Positions 49,058 to 62,253 of a DNA stretch of 64,000 nucleotides are shown here, piece after piece. This DNA comes from Spirochaetia bacterium. GTDB taxonomy: Bacteria; Spirochaetota; Spirochaetia; SZUA-6; Bin103. The position numbers and the translations under genes are program-made. Location: positions 2,144,001 through 2,208,000 of the forward strand of contig CBDBDQ010000005.1 in the NCBI GenBank assembly GCA_965203905.1. Direction: 5' to 3'. Positions within the stretch are counted from its first letter, which is position 1. Every line of letters starts with the position of its first letter. Below the pieces are notes generated by a model. The model was not told the DNA's origin and made no database searches. It worked only from the letters and a program-made list of their open reading frames with translations.

Positions 49058-49666
49058 GTGAGGAGCCATGCGCGCAGGCTGGAGGATGTTCTCATGCGGA
49101 TCGACGCGGCCAATCGCGAGGATCCCAACACCGAGACTGCCGGTAGCGTCGAGTACCCCAAGGAGTTGCTCTACTCCCAGCGCATGAGTGCCTGGCTGGA
49201 GCGGCTGCGGCCGGACCCCTCCGACGTGCTGCGCATCGCCGCCCGCGCCCAGCACCTGGAACGCTGGAAGGTAGCGCGCGCCGACTTCCCGCAGGGGCGC
49301 AGCGGCTACCTGCGCTGGCGCACGGTTGCTGCCGGGCATCACGCTCGGCGCACCGCGGAACTGATGCAGGAGGTGGGCTGCGATCCGCCGGAGGTGGCCG
49401 CGGTGTGCGCCTTGCTGCGCAAGGAAGGGCTGGCGACGGCCGCGGCGGACAGCGACGTGCAGGCCTTGGAGGACGTCGCCTGCCTGGTGTTCCTGGAGAG
49501 CTATCTGAGCGCGTTTGCTCCCAAGCACGACGCTGCCAAGGTTACCGCGATCCTCACCAGGACCTGGCGCAAGATGTCGCCGGCCGCCCGGCGCGGGGCG
49601 CTGCAGGCGGGGCTGGACGCGGACTCGCTACGGTTGCTGGAGGACGCCGGGGCGACCCCGGAGTAA
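49058..49666 (+). CDS. DUF4202 family protein
   Basis: IDAAN.EDPN, QHLERW...R..GYL.WR, LEDVACLVFL and TWRKMS. Confidence 0.88.
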   Translation: MRSHARRLEDVLMRIDAANREDPNTETAGSVEYPKELLYSQRMSAWLERLRPDPSDVLRIAARAQHLERWKVARADFPQGRSGYLRWRTVAAGHHARRTAELMQEVGCDPPEVAAVCALLRKEGLATAAADSDVQALEDVACLVFLESYLSAFAPKHDAAKVTAILTRTWRKMSPAARRGALQAGLDADSLRLLEDAGATPE

Positions 49667-49803
49667 CACGCAAGGCCACTCCGTGGCGCTGAAGACCACG
49701 ACACCCGGTGCACTTGGAGTAACACTCGCCGGGTTTTCGCCACGGACTGCTGGTCCCCGGTTTCGTTGCCCGCCTACCTGATCGGTGTTAGGTTACGGCG
49801 GTC

Positions 49804-51330
49804 GTGCGCGGTCGCAACCTCACCACCGGTTCCATACCCGCCCTGAGCTGGTCGCTGGCCTGGCCGGTGATGCTCTCCATCTTCTTCCAGACCCTCTATC
49901 AACTGGTGGATGCGTTCTGGGTGAGCCGGGTCTCCGACAACGCCATCGCCGCGGTGACGGTATCCCAGATCACGCTGTTCGTGATGATTTCCCTGACCAT
50001 CGGCATCACCGTCGGTTCCGGCGTGGTGATGGCCATGAGCATCGGCCGCCGCGATATCGCCGAGGCGGAACGGGTGCTGGGGCAGTCCTTCGTGCTGAAC
50101 TTCATCGCGGCGGCGGTGTTCACGACGCTGTGCCTGTCGCTGCGCGGGCAGCTCTTGACCCTGACCGGGGCCACCGGAGAGATCCTGCCCCTGGCGCTGG
50201 ACTACTTCACCGTGGTGGCCGGCGGCTCGGTGCTCATGTTCGTGTTCTTCGCCGTGATCTTCGGCTTCAACTCGCAGGGCGACAACACCACGGTCACCTG
50301 GCTGTTCGCCATCTCCACCACCATCAACGCGGGCCTCGACCCGCTGCTGATCTTCGGTGGCCTCGGGATCCCGGCGTTCGGTGTGCGCGGTGCCGCGATC
50401 GCCACCGTCATCTCGCAGCTGCTGCTGGTGACCGCGGGCATCACCCTCCTCCACCAGCGCGACATGCTGGTGAAGTTCCGCTTCCGGAACCTGGTGTTCC
50501 GGCTGCACTCGGTACGGCGGGTCCTGGCCATTGGCTTTCCCGCGGCCCTCACCAACCTGCTCAACCCCGCGGGACTGGCGGCGCTCAACGCCCTGGTGGC
50601 GCTGGCGTTCCTGGAAGCCGGCGTAATCGGGCTCTCCATCGGCCTGCGTATCGAGTTCTTTTCGTTTCTCCCGGCCATCGGCTTCGCCGTCGCCGCCCTT
50701 GCCATGATCGGCCAGAACCTTGGTGGTGGCCGCCTGGACCGCGCCCGCGCTTCCTACCGCACGGCGCTGTTGTTTGCGTTTGTCATCGGCTCGCTGGTGG
50801 GAGTCGGGGCGCTGGCGCTGCGCGGCGTGATCGTCGGAGCGTTCTCGGCCGACCCGGCGGTGTCCGGATACACGCGCTCCTACCTGGCGATCGTACCGCT
50901 CGCCTACGGCGTGGTGGCCGCACTGTTCGTGCTGGTCAGCTCGCTGCAGGCGCTGGGCAAGTCGTGGCGCGGCTTCGGCATCTCCGCCATACGGGTCACG
51001 ATCCTGGTCGGCGGCACCGCGCTGGTAACCGGTGGCGGCCGCGCAGATCCCGGCTCGGCGACCAGTGTCTGGCTGATCATCGTGGCCTCCAACCTGATCG
51101 CTTTCGCGATCGCGTGGGTCGTGTTGCGACGTACGTTCGCTCACGTGCAGGCCGCCGGTCCGGCCGCGCGCGGAGGCTGGCCCGGCAAGCCTCCTGCACC
51201 CGACGGAGCCGCGCGCCCCCCTGGCGCACCTGACCATGGCAGCGCGCATGGCGCCCCGCTACCGGACGATACCCCGGCCAGCGTCGGCGACGGCCGCGGT
51301 ACCCCAGGCAATGAGGCAGGCAGCGTATGA
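49804..51330 (+). CDS. MATE family efflux transporter
   Basis: LVDAFWV, LDPLLIFG...GVRGAAIAT and IGQNLG. Confidence 0.92.
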   Translation: MRGRNLTTGSIPALSWSLAWPVMLSIFFQTLYQLVDAFWVSRVSDNAIAAVTVSQITLFVMISLTIGITVGSGVVMAMSIGRRDIAEAERVLGQSFVLNFIAAAVFTTLCLSLRGQLLTLTGATGEILPLALDYFTVVAGGSVLMFVFFAVIFGFNSQGDNTTVTWLFAISTTINAGLDPLLIFGGLGIPAFGVRGAAIATVISQLLLVTAGITLLHQRDMLVKFRFRNLVFRLHSVRRVLAIGFPAALTNLLNPAGLAALNALVALAFLEAGVIGLSIGLRIEFFSFLPAIGFAVAALAMIGQNLGGGRLDRARASYRTALLFAFVIGSLVGVGALALRGVIVGAFSADPAVSGYTRSYLAIVPLAYGVVAALFVLVSSLQALGKSWRGFGISAIRVTILVGGTALVTGGGRADPGSATSVWLIIVASNLIAFAIAWVVLRRTFAHVQAAGPAARGGWPGKPPAPDGAARPPGAPDHGSAHGAPLPDDTPASVGDGRGTPGNEAGSV

Positions 51331-52547
51331 TCATTCGTCGTTACGATCACCAGCGCGACCGGGACAGCATGATTCGCGTCTACCGCGAGGTGGGCTGGCT
51401 GGGCAAGGAGAAAGAGAAGGAACAGCACTTCGACCGGTTCATCCTGGCCGGCCGCACCTTCGTGGCGGAGCTCGACGGTGCCGCCGAGTGCGGGGTGCTG
51501 ATGAACCGCGGCAGCATGCGCTACCAGGAGCGGGAGCTGCCGTTCTCCGCCGTCGGCGCGGTGACCACCAGCCGCGTGGCCCGGCGCCAGGGACTGGCAG
51601 GGCGTACCACCGCCCTGGCGCTGGCCGACGCCACGTTGCGCGGCGCAGCCGTGGCCGGCCTGAGCATGTTCGACCAGGGGTTCTACAACCAGCTCGGCTT
51701 CGGGACCATGGCCTACCACCACGGGGTGATCTTCGACCCGGCTACCCTGCGCGTCCCGGGACGGCCGCGCCCACCGTCGCGCATCACTCCCGACGACGCC
51801 GAGGCCGTTCACCGCGGGCGCCTGTGCCGCCTGCGCCCCCACGGCGGCGTCAACCTGGAGCATCCCGACCTGACCCGTGCCGCGATGGAAGAGGCGGACA
51901 ACGGCTTCGGGCTCGGCTACCGGGAGGGAGAGCGCATCACCCACCACCTGTGGGCCGAGGCCAAGGGAGAGAGTGGCCCCTACGAGGTGTGGTGGCTGGC
52001 CTACGAGACCACCGACCAGTTGCTGGAGCTGTTGGGGCTGCTGCACAGTCTCGGTGACCAGGTGCTCCACGTGTGGCTGCAGGAGCCGCCGCAGATCCAG
52101 CTCCAGGACCTGCTGGAGTGGCCGTTCCGCCATCGTGCCCGCAGCCGCCGCGCCGAGCACGAGCACCGCACGTGGTGCGAGGCCCACTACCAAGTGCGGA
52201 TCCTGGACCTGCCGGCCTGCATCGCCGCGGTGCAGGCGCACAACGAGCTGGCGTTCAACCTGGAACTGCGCGATCCCGTGGCGCAGTTCCTGCCCGAGGA
52301 TGGCTGGCGCGGAATCGGCGGCAGGTACCGCGTGCGGCTGGGCGCCTCGTCCAGCGTGGAGCCCGGCAGCGATCCGGACCTGCCTACGCTGCGCGCCGGG
52401 GTGGGGGCCTTTTCGCGAGTGTGGCTCGGGGTACGGCCGGCCGTGTCGGTGGCCGTGACCGACGACCTCGATGGGCCTGCGGAGCTGCTGGCGGAGCTGG
52501 ATGCCGCTCTGGCACCGCCCGTACCGCACTTCAACTGGGGATTCTGA
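51327..52547 (+). CDS. Eis-like GNAT acetyltransferase (paralog 1)
   Basis: VTTSRVARRQGLA acetyl-CoA motif, FYNQLGF and SCP2-like C-terminus. Confidence 0.8.
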   Translation: MIIRRYDHQRDRDSMIRVYREVGWLGKEKEKEQHFDRFILAGRTFVAELDGAAECGVLMNRGSMRYQERELPFSAVGAVTTSRVARRQGLAGRTTALALADATLRGAAVAGLSMFDQGFYNQLGFGTMAYHHGVIFDPATLRVPGRPRPPSRITPDDAEAVHRGRLCRLRPHGGVNLEHPDLTRAAMEEADNGFGLGYREGERITHHLWAEAKGESGPYEVWWLAYETTDQLLELLGLLHSLGDQVLHVWLQEPPQIQLQDLLEWPFRHRARSRRAEHEHRTWCEAHYQVRILDLPACIAAVQAHNELAFNLELRDPVAQFLPEDGWRGIGGRYRVRLGASSSVEPGSDPDLPTLRAGVGAFSRVWLGVRPAVSVAVTDDLDGPAELLAELDAALAPPVPHFNWGF

Positions 52548-52550
52548 CAG

Positions 52551-53771
52551 ATGATCATTCGCCGCTACGATCACCAGCGCGACCGTGACAGCCTGCTGCG
52601 CATCTTTCGGGAAATCGGCTGGCTGGGGAAGGAGGAGGAGAAGGAGTCGATCTTCGATGGTTTCGCCAGCGTCAGCCGCGGCTTCGTGGCCGAGCACAAC
52701 GGCGCCGCCGAGTGCGGGGTGCTGATGCACAGCGCCACCATGCGCTACCAGGAGGGCGAATTGCAGTTCGCGGCGGTGGGCGCGGTGACCACCAGCCGCG
52801 TAGCGCGACGCCAGGGGCTGGCCGGACGCACCACGGCGACCGCGCTCGCCGACGCAGCACTGCGCGGGGCTCCGCTCGCCGGTCTGGGGATGTTCGATCA
52901 GGGCTACTACGACCAGCTCGGCTTCGGGACCCTGGCGTACGAGCACTGGCTGACCTTCGACCCGGCGACGCTGCGGGTTCCGGTGCGGGCGCGGCCCCCG
53001 GTGCGCATCTCGGTGGAGGATGCCGAAGCGGCGCACGCCGGCCGGCTGGCGCGCCTGCGCCCGCATGGCGGCCTCAATATGCTCGACCCCACCTTTACCC
53101 GCGTCGGCATGCTGGAGGCGGACAACGGCTTCGGCCTCGGCTACCGCGACGGCGGCCGCATCAGCCACCACTTCTGGGCGCAGGCCAAGGGCGAAAGTGG
53201 CCCGTACGAGGTGTGGTGGCTGGCCTACGAAGATACCGATCAGCTCCTGGAGCTGCTGGCGCTGCTGCACAACCTCTCCGACCAGGTGCACCACGTGGAG
53301 CTCCAGGAGCCGCCGCAGATCCAGATTCAGGACCTCCTGGAGTGGCCGTTCCGCCATCGTTCGCACAGTCGCCGCGCCCAGCACGAGCATCGCATGTCGA
53401 GCGACGCCGGCTCGCAGGCGCGCATGCTCGACCTGCTGGCGTGCATTGCCGCGGTGCGGGCGCGCCGCGAGCTGGCGTTCAACCTGCGGCTGGATGACCC
53501 GGTGGCGCGCTACCTGCCGCCGGATGGCTGGCAGGGCGTGGCGGGAGAATACGTGGTGCGGCTCGGTGCCGCCTCCCGCGCCGAGCGTGGCAGCGACCCT
53601 GCCCTGCCGGTCCTCAGCGCCGGCGTGGGCGCTTTCACGCGGCTCTGGCTTGGGGTACGGCCGGCCGCGTCGCTGGCGGTGACCGACGACCTCAAGGGTC
53701 CGCCGGAGTTGCTGGCGGCGCTCGATGCCGCGCTCGCGCTTCCGGTCCCCCACTTCGACTGGCTGTTTTAG
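52551..53771 (+). CDS. Eis-like GNAT acetyltransferase (paralog 2)
   Basis: Colinear 406-aa paralog of the upstream gene. Confidence 0.8.
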   Translation: MIIRRYDHQRDRDSLLRIFREIGWLGKEEEKESIFDGFASVSRGFVAEHNGAAECGVLMHSATMRYQEGELQFAAVGAVTTSRVARRQGLAGRTTATALADAALRGAPLAGLGMFDQGYYDQLGFGTLAYEHWLTFDPATLRVPVRARPPVRISVEDAEAAHAGRLARLRPHGGLNMLDPTFTRVGMLEADNGFGLGYRDGGRISHHFWAQAKGESGPYEVWWLAYEDTDQLLELLALLHNLSDQVHHVELQEPPQIQIQDLLEWPFRHRSHSRRAQHEHRMSSDAGSQARMLDLLACIAAVRARRELAFNLRLDDPVARYLPPDGWQGVAGEYVVRLGAASRAERGSDPALPVLSAGVGAFTRLWLGVRPAASLAVTDDLKGPPELLAALDAALALPVPHFDWLF

Positions 53772-53848
53772 CCATTGGATAGCGCCACGCCGCTACGCGG
53801 GTGCGGTTCCTTGTCACGCTGCCGGCCCCGCGGGTAGGTTGCCCGGCG

Positions 53849-54877
53849 ATGACCAGCGGCAGGCCACTGATCGCGGTGCTCAACAGCAATCCGCGGGTGA
53901 TGATCGCGGAGGAGTTCGCCCGCTACGAGGATCGCCTGCAGTTTCGCCACCCGCCGGCAGCCGCGCGTGCCGCGGACGTGCGCAATGCGGTCGACGCCGC
54001 CATGGCGCAGGAGCTGCTGGCCGGCGCCGACGGCTGCATCACCTGCTGGGGCAGCCCGCCGCTCAGCGCCGAGCTGCTCGATGCCGCGCCCGAACTGCGC
54101 ATCATCGCCCACGCCGCCGGCACTCTGCGCCCCTACCTGACCCCGGCGGTGTGGGAACGCGACATCGCCGTGGTCAACGCCGCCGGCTCGATCGCCGAGG
54201 AGGTGGCGCAGTACACCGCCGCGCTGATCGTGATCGGGCGCCGTTCGCTGATGGAGCTGGCACCGCAGACGGCGCAGGGGAAGTGGCGCGACGTGCAGTT
54301 GCACCGCCCCTCGTCCGACGTGCGCGGCATCACCGTGGGCATCATCGGCGCCGGCGAGGTGGGGCGGCGCGTGCTGGCGCTGCTGGCACATTACCAGGTG
54401 CGCCTGCTGCTGGCGGACCCCTTCGTCAGCGCCGATCAGGCGTCCGCGCTGGGCGCCGAAAAGCGTGAGCTGGACGAGCTGTTCGCCGAGTCGGACGTGG
54501 TCAGCGTGCACGCCCCCAGCAACGACCGGACGCGCCACATCGTCAACGCCGCGCGGCTGGCGCTGCTGCGCGACGGGGCGATCTTCATCAATACCTCGCG
54601 CGGGCCGCTGGTCGACCAGGAGGCGCTGGTCGCGGAATTGCACCGGCGCCGCATCTGGGCGTTCATCGACGTCACCGATCCGGAACCGCCGCCGCCCGAG
54701 TCGTCGCTCATCGGCTGTCCGCACCTGACGCTGTCGCCGCACGTGGCCGGTGCGATCCACGGTTCCGGCCGCTACCAGTTGCGCTGGGTGCTGGACGAGG
54801 TGGCGCGCCTGTTCGCCGGCGAGCCGCTGTGTAATCCGCAGACCCGTGGCATGGTGGAGATGAGCAGCTTCCGGTAA
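53849..54877 (+). CDS. D-2-hydroxyacid dehydrogenase
   Basis: GIIGAGEVG, INTSRG, DVTDPEP and SPHVAG. Confidence 0.9.
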   Translation: MTSGRPLIAVLNSNPRVMIAEEFARYEDRLQFRHPPAAARAADVRNAVDAAMAQELLAGADGCITCWGSPPLSAELLDAAPELRIIAHAAGTLRPYLTPAVWERDIAVVNAAGSIAEEVAQYTAALIVIGRRSLMELAPQTAQGKWRDVQLHRPSSDVRGITVGIIGAGEVGRRVLALLAHYQVRLLLADPFVSADQASALGAEKRELDELFAESDVVSVHAPSNDRTRHIVNAARLALLRDGAIFINTSRGPLVDQEALVAELHRRRIWAFIDVTDPEPPPPESSLIGCPHLTLSPHVAGAIHGSGRYQLRWVLDEVARLFAGEPLCNPQTRGMVEMSSFR

Positions 54878-54933
54878 CGCGGCGGACGTTGCCGGATATC
54901 AAACGACATTCAAACGACCGAGAGGAGTTGACA

Positions 54934-55680
54934 ATGGCAGATCACAAACCGCCGGTGCTGGGCTACGAAGACACGCCGTTCCTGCCCGACGGCACGTGGC
55001 GGGTGCATGACAAGAACCGCCCGCAGCCGCGGGTGGTGACCCCCGGCGCAGCACCCGGTGCGGCGCCCGCAGACGCGGTGGTGCTGTTCGACGGCAGCGA
55101 CCTGGCGCAGTGGCGGGCGGTGGCCGGCGGGGACGCCGGCTGGCAGGTGAGTGACGGTTACATGGAAGTGGCGCCGGGAACCGGCAACATCGAGACCCGT
55201 GAGCACTTCGGCGACTGCCAGCTCCATCTGGAGTTCGCCTGTCCGGCGCAGGTGGAGGGCAGCAGCCAGGGGCGCGGCAACAGCGGCGTGTTCCTGCTCG
55301 GGCGGTACGAGATCCAGGTGCTCGACGGCTACGACAACCGCACCTACGCCGACGGGCACACCGGCGCCATCTACGGCCAGTATCCGCCGCTGGTCAATGC
55401 CTGCCGCCCACCCGGCGAGTGGCAGAGCTACGACGTCGTGTTTGAGGCGGCCCGCTTCGACGGCGTCCGCCTGGTCAGCCCCGCCTACCTGACGGTGCTC
55501 CACAACGGCCTCCTGATCCACCACCGCCAGGCGGCGCTCGGGCCCACCGGCAACCGCATCCTCGCCAGCTACGACACGCCACACCCACCGACGGGACCGT
55601 TGCGCCTCCAGGATCACCGCAACCCGACCCGGTTCCGCAACATCTGGCTGCGCCCACTGACATCCTACGACGCCGCGTGA
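54934..55680 (+). CDS. DUF1080 / 3-keto-disaccharide hydrolase family
   Basis: LFDG, GNSGVF, YEIQVLD, GEWQSYD and LQDH..RFRNIW; GAGGAG RBS. Confidence 0.9.
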   Translation: MADHKPPVLGYEDTPFLPDGTWRVHDKNRPQPRVVTPGAAPGAAPADAVVLFDGSDLAQWRAVAGGDAGWQVSDGYMEVAPGTGNIETREHFGDCQLHLEFACPAQVEGSSQGRGNSGVFLLGRYEIQVLDGYDNRTYADGHTGAIYGQYPPLVNACRPPGEWQSYDVVFEAARFDGVRLVSPAYLTVLHNGLLIHHRQAALGPTGNRILASYDTPHPPTGPLRLQDHRNPTRFRNIWLRPLTSYDAA

Positions 55681-55735
55681 CCGGCGTCCCGTCGCCTTGA
55701 CCCGGCGGCAGGGCCGGCGATAGGTTCGCTCCACG

Positions 55736-59089
<3,354 letters not shown>

Positions 59090-59132
59090 CAGTGATTCCC
59101 TGAACACGCGAGTATACGCGGTTGTCAGTTGG

Positions 59133-59603
59133 CTACACCCCAATGCGGCATTTCACGGCTATCGCCGTAGCGAGGTTTTCAAAGTCTCGGTAGCAGTCCT
59201 GCACCGCGTGAATGTGCCCGCCAAGCGCCCCGTCGGCTGCCTTGAGGCGGAACAGACAGTCAGGCCACGCGGAAGAGAGCTTGGCTTCGAATCGAGCCAG
59301 ACCCAGGTCTCCGACGATAAGTCCAAGATCTTCGGTCACTTCCTCGACGTGCGGCTCTGAAACATCGCCAAGACCGCGTAGGATCGGTGACACCGAGCTG
59401 AGGATGCTCTGTGGATGGTTGCCGTCGGGCCACAGCTCCTCCAGCCGATCTTCATCCAGGAACATCGCGGTCAGGTTGGCCTGAGGATCAAGATCGGCGG
59501 CAACGACGGAGTATCCAAGTTCAGCGAACATCCATGACAGATGGTAGCCCAGCGTGGTCTTGCCAACCCCTCCTTTGTTATTGAAGAAGGCGATGCTCTT
59601 CAT
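59133..59603 (-). pseudogene. ParA-family ATPase with internal deletion
   Basis: FFNNKGGVGKTT and DLDPQANLT, then a jump to C-terminal LKAADGALGGH...CY.DF; only 156 aa, Walker B region missing. Confidence 0.75.
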
Positions 59604-60345
59604 GCTTTCCTCCGTATCGTCACCAACACGTGAGAGGGATCGAACGTGAACTCGGCCTCGGGATTGCCGTTTCGACGCAACGCATCTTGCGCGCGGATGA
59701 CACCGCGACCGAAGTGGTTGACATATCCCAGCGTCGCCATCGCCTCGGCGATCACCGGGTTGCGGTAGTCGGTCTGCCGCGGGAAGTTCTCGGGTGACGC
59801 GGTCCCGTACAGGCCGCCCGGATTCTAGATGTCGATGTGATCTTCGTACCAATAGAATTGCACCGGCGCGTTGGACTCGAAAGAGCGGTGCATTATCGCG
59901 TTCAGGAGGATCTCCCGGACCGTGATTCGCGGATAGTCGCTTTCGGACCGCTCGCGGAAGGCCGATTCCGCCACCGGATAAGATTCTATCGAGAGTTTGA
60001 TGAACGTATCTACTTCGCGCAGAACCGAGACCAAATCCCCGGAGAACGCTTTTTCGCTGACCGGATCATCAGCCATTGTCGTGCCTGCCCAACGGACGAA
60101 TTGAACGTAGGAGCCCGCGATCCAACGTCGGGGATCCTTCGCGAATAGCAACACCGCTGCATTCGTTGGACAATCGTCAGCCAAGTCGTAGAACCGGAGC
60201 GATGCCATCTACTCAGGAATGCTGCGCTGGTTCTCCGCGATTATCTCGCGTTCCACAGCTTCCGGAAGGTAGGCGACCGAGAACAGGTCCAGGACGAGAT
60301 CGTCCAGCGTGCAGCCCTGACACGGACGTATGTCGAATGGTCGCA
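59600..60345 (-). pseudogene. 5'-truncated ATP-binding protein (Schlafen/RecG-C-terminal HATPase-like) with two in-frame TAG stops
   Basis: FDIRPC...ENQRSIPE*MASLRF...REILLNAIMHR...IDI*NPGGLYG...YRNPVIAE...GRGV; stop overlaps the ParA ATG. Confidence 0.8.
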
Positions 60346-60365
60346 GCAGAGCGCCTCGCCTACCC

Positions 60366-61187
60366 TCAGAAGTGGCGGGGGAACTTGCTGAAGTCGGGCT
60401 TGCGCTTTTCGACGAACGAGTCGCGGCCCTCCTGCGCTTCCGCCGTCTGGTAGAACAGCATGGTGGCCGATCCGGCCAGCTCCTGCAAACCGGCCTGGCC
60501 GTCGCAGTCGGCGTTCATGGCCGCCTTCAGGCAGCGCAGGGCGGTGGGCGAGTGCACCAGCATCTCGCGGCACCAGCGCACCGTCTCGCGCTCCAGCTCG
60601 GCGAGCGGTACGACCGCGTTCACCAGGCCCATATCGAGCGCTTGGCGGGCGTCGTACTGGCGGCACAGAAACCAGATCTCGCGCGCCTTCTTCTGCCCCA
60701 CGATGCGCGCCAGATAGGCCGAACCATAACCGCCGTCGAAGGAGCCCACCTTGGGGCCGGTCTGGCCGAAGATGGCGTTGTCCGCGGCAATAGTGAGGTC
60801 GCACATCACGTGCAGCACGTGGCCGCCACCGATGGCGTAGCCCGCCACCATCGCCACGATCGGCTTCGGGCAGGTGCGGATCTGGCGCTGGAACTCCAGC
60901 ACGTTGAGGCGGTCGTCGCCCCCGGTGTCGCGGTAGCCGGCGTCGCCGCGGATCTTCTGGTCGCCTCCCGAGCAGAAGGCGAGGTCGCCTTGACCGGTGA
61001 GGATGATCACCCCCACATGATGGTCGCGGCGGGCGTCGTCGAGGGCGTGCATCATCTCCTCGACGGTGAGCGGCGTGAAGGCGTTGCGCCGCTCGGGGCG
61101 GTTGATGGTGATCTTGGCGATGCCGTCGGTCTTGGCGTAGAGAATGTCCCGGTAGTCTCCCTCTGCGGTCCAGGTAATTTCACTCAT
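60366..61187 (-). CDS. menB: 1,4-dihydroxy-2-naphthoyl-CoA synthase
   Basis: [24 protein letters not shown] and [13 protein letters not shown]. Confidence 0.97.
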   Translation of the reverse strand: MSEITWTAEGDYRDILYAKTDGIAKITINRPERRNAFTPLTVEEMMHALDDARRDHHVGVIILTGQGDLAFCSGGDQKIRGDAGYRDTGGDDRLNVLEFQRQIRTCPKPIVAMVAGYAIGGGHVLHVMCDLTIAADNAIFGQTGPKVGSFDGGYGSAYLARIVGQKKAREIWFLCRQYDARQALDMGLVNAVVPLAELERETVRWCREMLVHSPTALRCLKAAMNADCDGQAGLQELAGSATMLFYQTAEAQEGRDSFVEKRKPDFSKFPRHF

Positions 61188-61259
61188 GTGGCGCTCCTCT
61201 TGTCGGGGGCAATGTGCCGACCTGAGACTCCCGCGGCAATGCGCGTGATTCGTTGAGCG

Positions 61260-62081
61260 TCAGTCGCGGGAGCCGGTTTCGGCTGCGCGAGCGGAGAACG
61301 GCGTCCTGTGCCTGACGAAGGTGCGGATCAGGCCGGCAACCGCCTCCGGCTGCTCCAGGTGGACCGCATGCGCCGCGCCGGGGCAGACCGCGCTCTCCCA
61401 TGGCGCACCCAGCGCCGCGATGCGGTCGGCGACCGCACGGTACTTGGCGTCATCGGCGCCGGCGATGAACAGCGCCGGGATCAGCAGCCGTGGCAGAGCC
61501 TCCCACAGCACCGGCTGCACGCCGACGCTGAGCCCCCGCATCGCCGCTGCCAGTGAGGCCGGCCGCCCGCGCAGGCGCCGCCGCAACAGGTCGTCGAAGC
61601 GCGGGTGGTGGGGCAGGCTGCCGAACAGCGGCGTCGCGTACCAGCGCTGCAGCCAGGCGGCTAAGGCCGCCCGGTCGCCGGCCGCGGCGAGTTGCCGGGA
61701 CAGCGCTTCGTCACGGCCCAGGCGCTCGGCTCGCGCGGTGGGATCCTCGATCCCCGGGTCGGCGGCGACCAGGACCAGGCCGCGCACCGCCCGCGGGAAC
61801 CGCAGCGCCGTGTACAGCGCCAGCCGCCCTCCCATGGAGTAGCCGACCAGCACCGGCGGCGCGGCCAAGGCGGTGCAAGCGTCGTGCAGGCGCTCACCCG
61901 CCGCCGCGAACCAGCGCGCCGGGCCGCCTCCGGCGTCTGCCGCAATGGGCTGCGCCGCGCCGTGTCCCGGCAGTTCGAAGCAGTTCGCGACCAGCGCCGG
62001 TTCCAGGAGCGTGCGCATCCGGTCCCAGTCCCCGGCCTCTCCGAGGAATCCGTGCACGAACAGCAGTCGCGGTGTTCCCAT
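61260..62081 (-). CDS. menH: SHCHC synthase (alpha/beta hydrolase)
   Basis: HGFLG, GYSMGGR and D.KY...H; adjacent to menB. Confidence 0.85.
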   Translation of the reverse strand: MGTPRLLFVHGFLGEAGDWDRMRTLLEPALVANCFELPGHGAAQPIAADAGGGPARWFAAAGERLHDACTALAAPPVLVGYSMGGRLALYTALRFPRAVRGLVLVAADPGIEDPTARAERLGRDEALSRQLAAAGDRAALAAWLQRWYATPLFGSLPHHPRFDDLLRRRLRGRPASLAAAMRGLSVGVQPVLWEALPRLLIPALFIAGADDAKYRAVADRIAALGAPWESAVCPGAAHAVHLEQPEAVAGLIRTFVRHRTPFSARAAETGSRD

Positions 62082-62253
62082 CGGGAACATTGATGGGCGA
62101 CAGGGCCACGCCCTGCAACAACCGTGATCCCGGACTGGCTCGCTCGTTACCGCACCGTGCGGTGGAGTAGAATCACCGCAGCAGAGTAGGGGAGCCGCAG
62201 CCGCTTTCTGGAACGGGAGCGGCGCGGCCACCCGTTGCGAACAGGAGGGATCG

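Noticed and set aside
49660-49750. Repeated ggagtaacac and inverted ccgtggcg/cgccacgg before the MATE gene
   Set aside because: Short and not seen elsewhere in the window; too little to call a REP or operator.
59600-60345. TAG-to-Gln recoding as the explanation for the in-frame stops
   Set aside because: Host genes here end in TAG (e.g. 33..806, 846..2147, 34608..36008), and the locus shows other decay.
61226-61259. Possible solo CRISPR repeat between menH and menB (ends TTCGTTGAGCG like the I-G repeat)
   Set aside because: Only the last 11 nt match, the stem differs, and there is no second copy; chance is plausible.
62150-62235. Hairpins upstream of the Gfo/Idh/MocA gene as a riboswitch or ncRNA
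   Set aside because: GC-rich stems with no recognisable riboswitch consensus.
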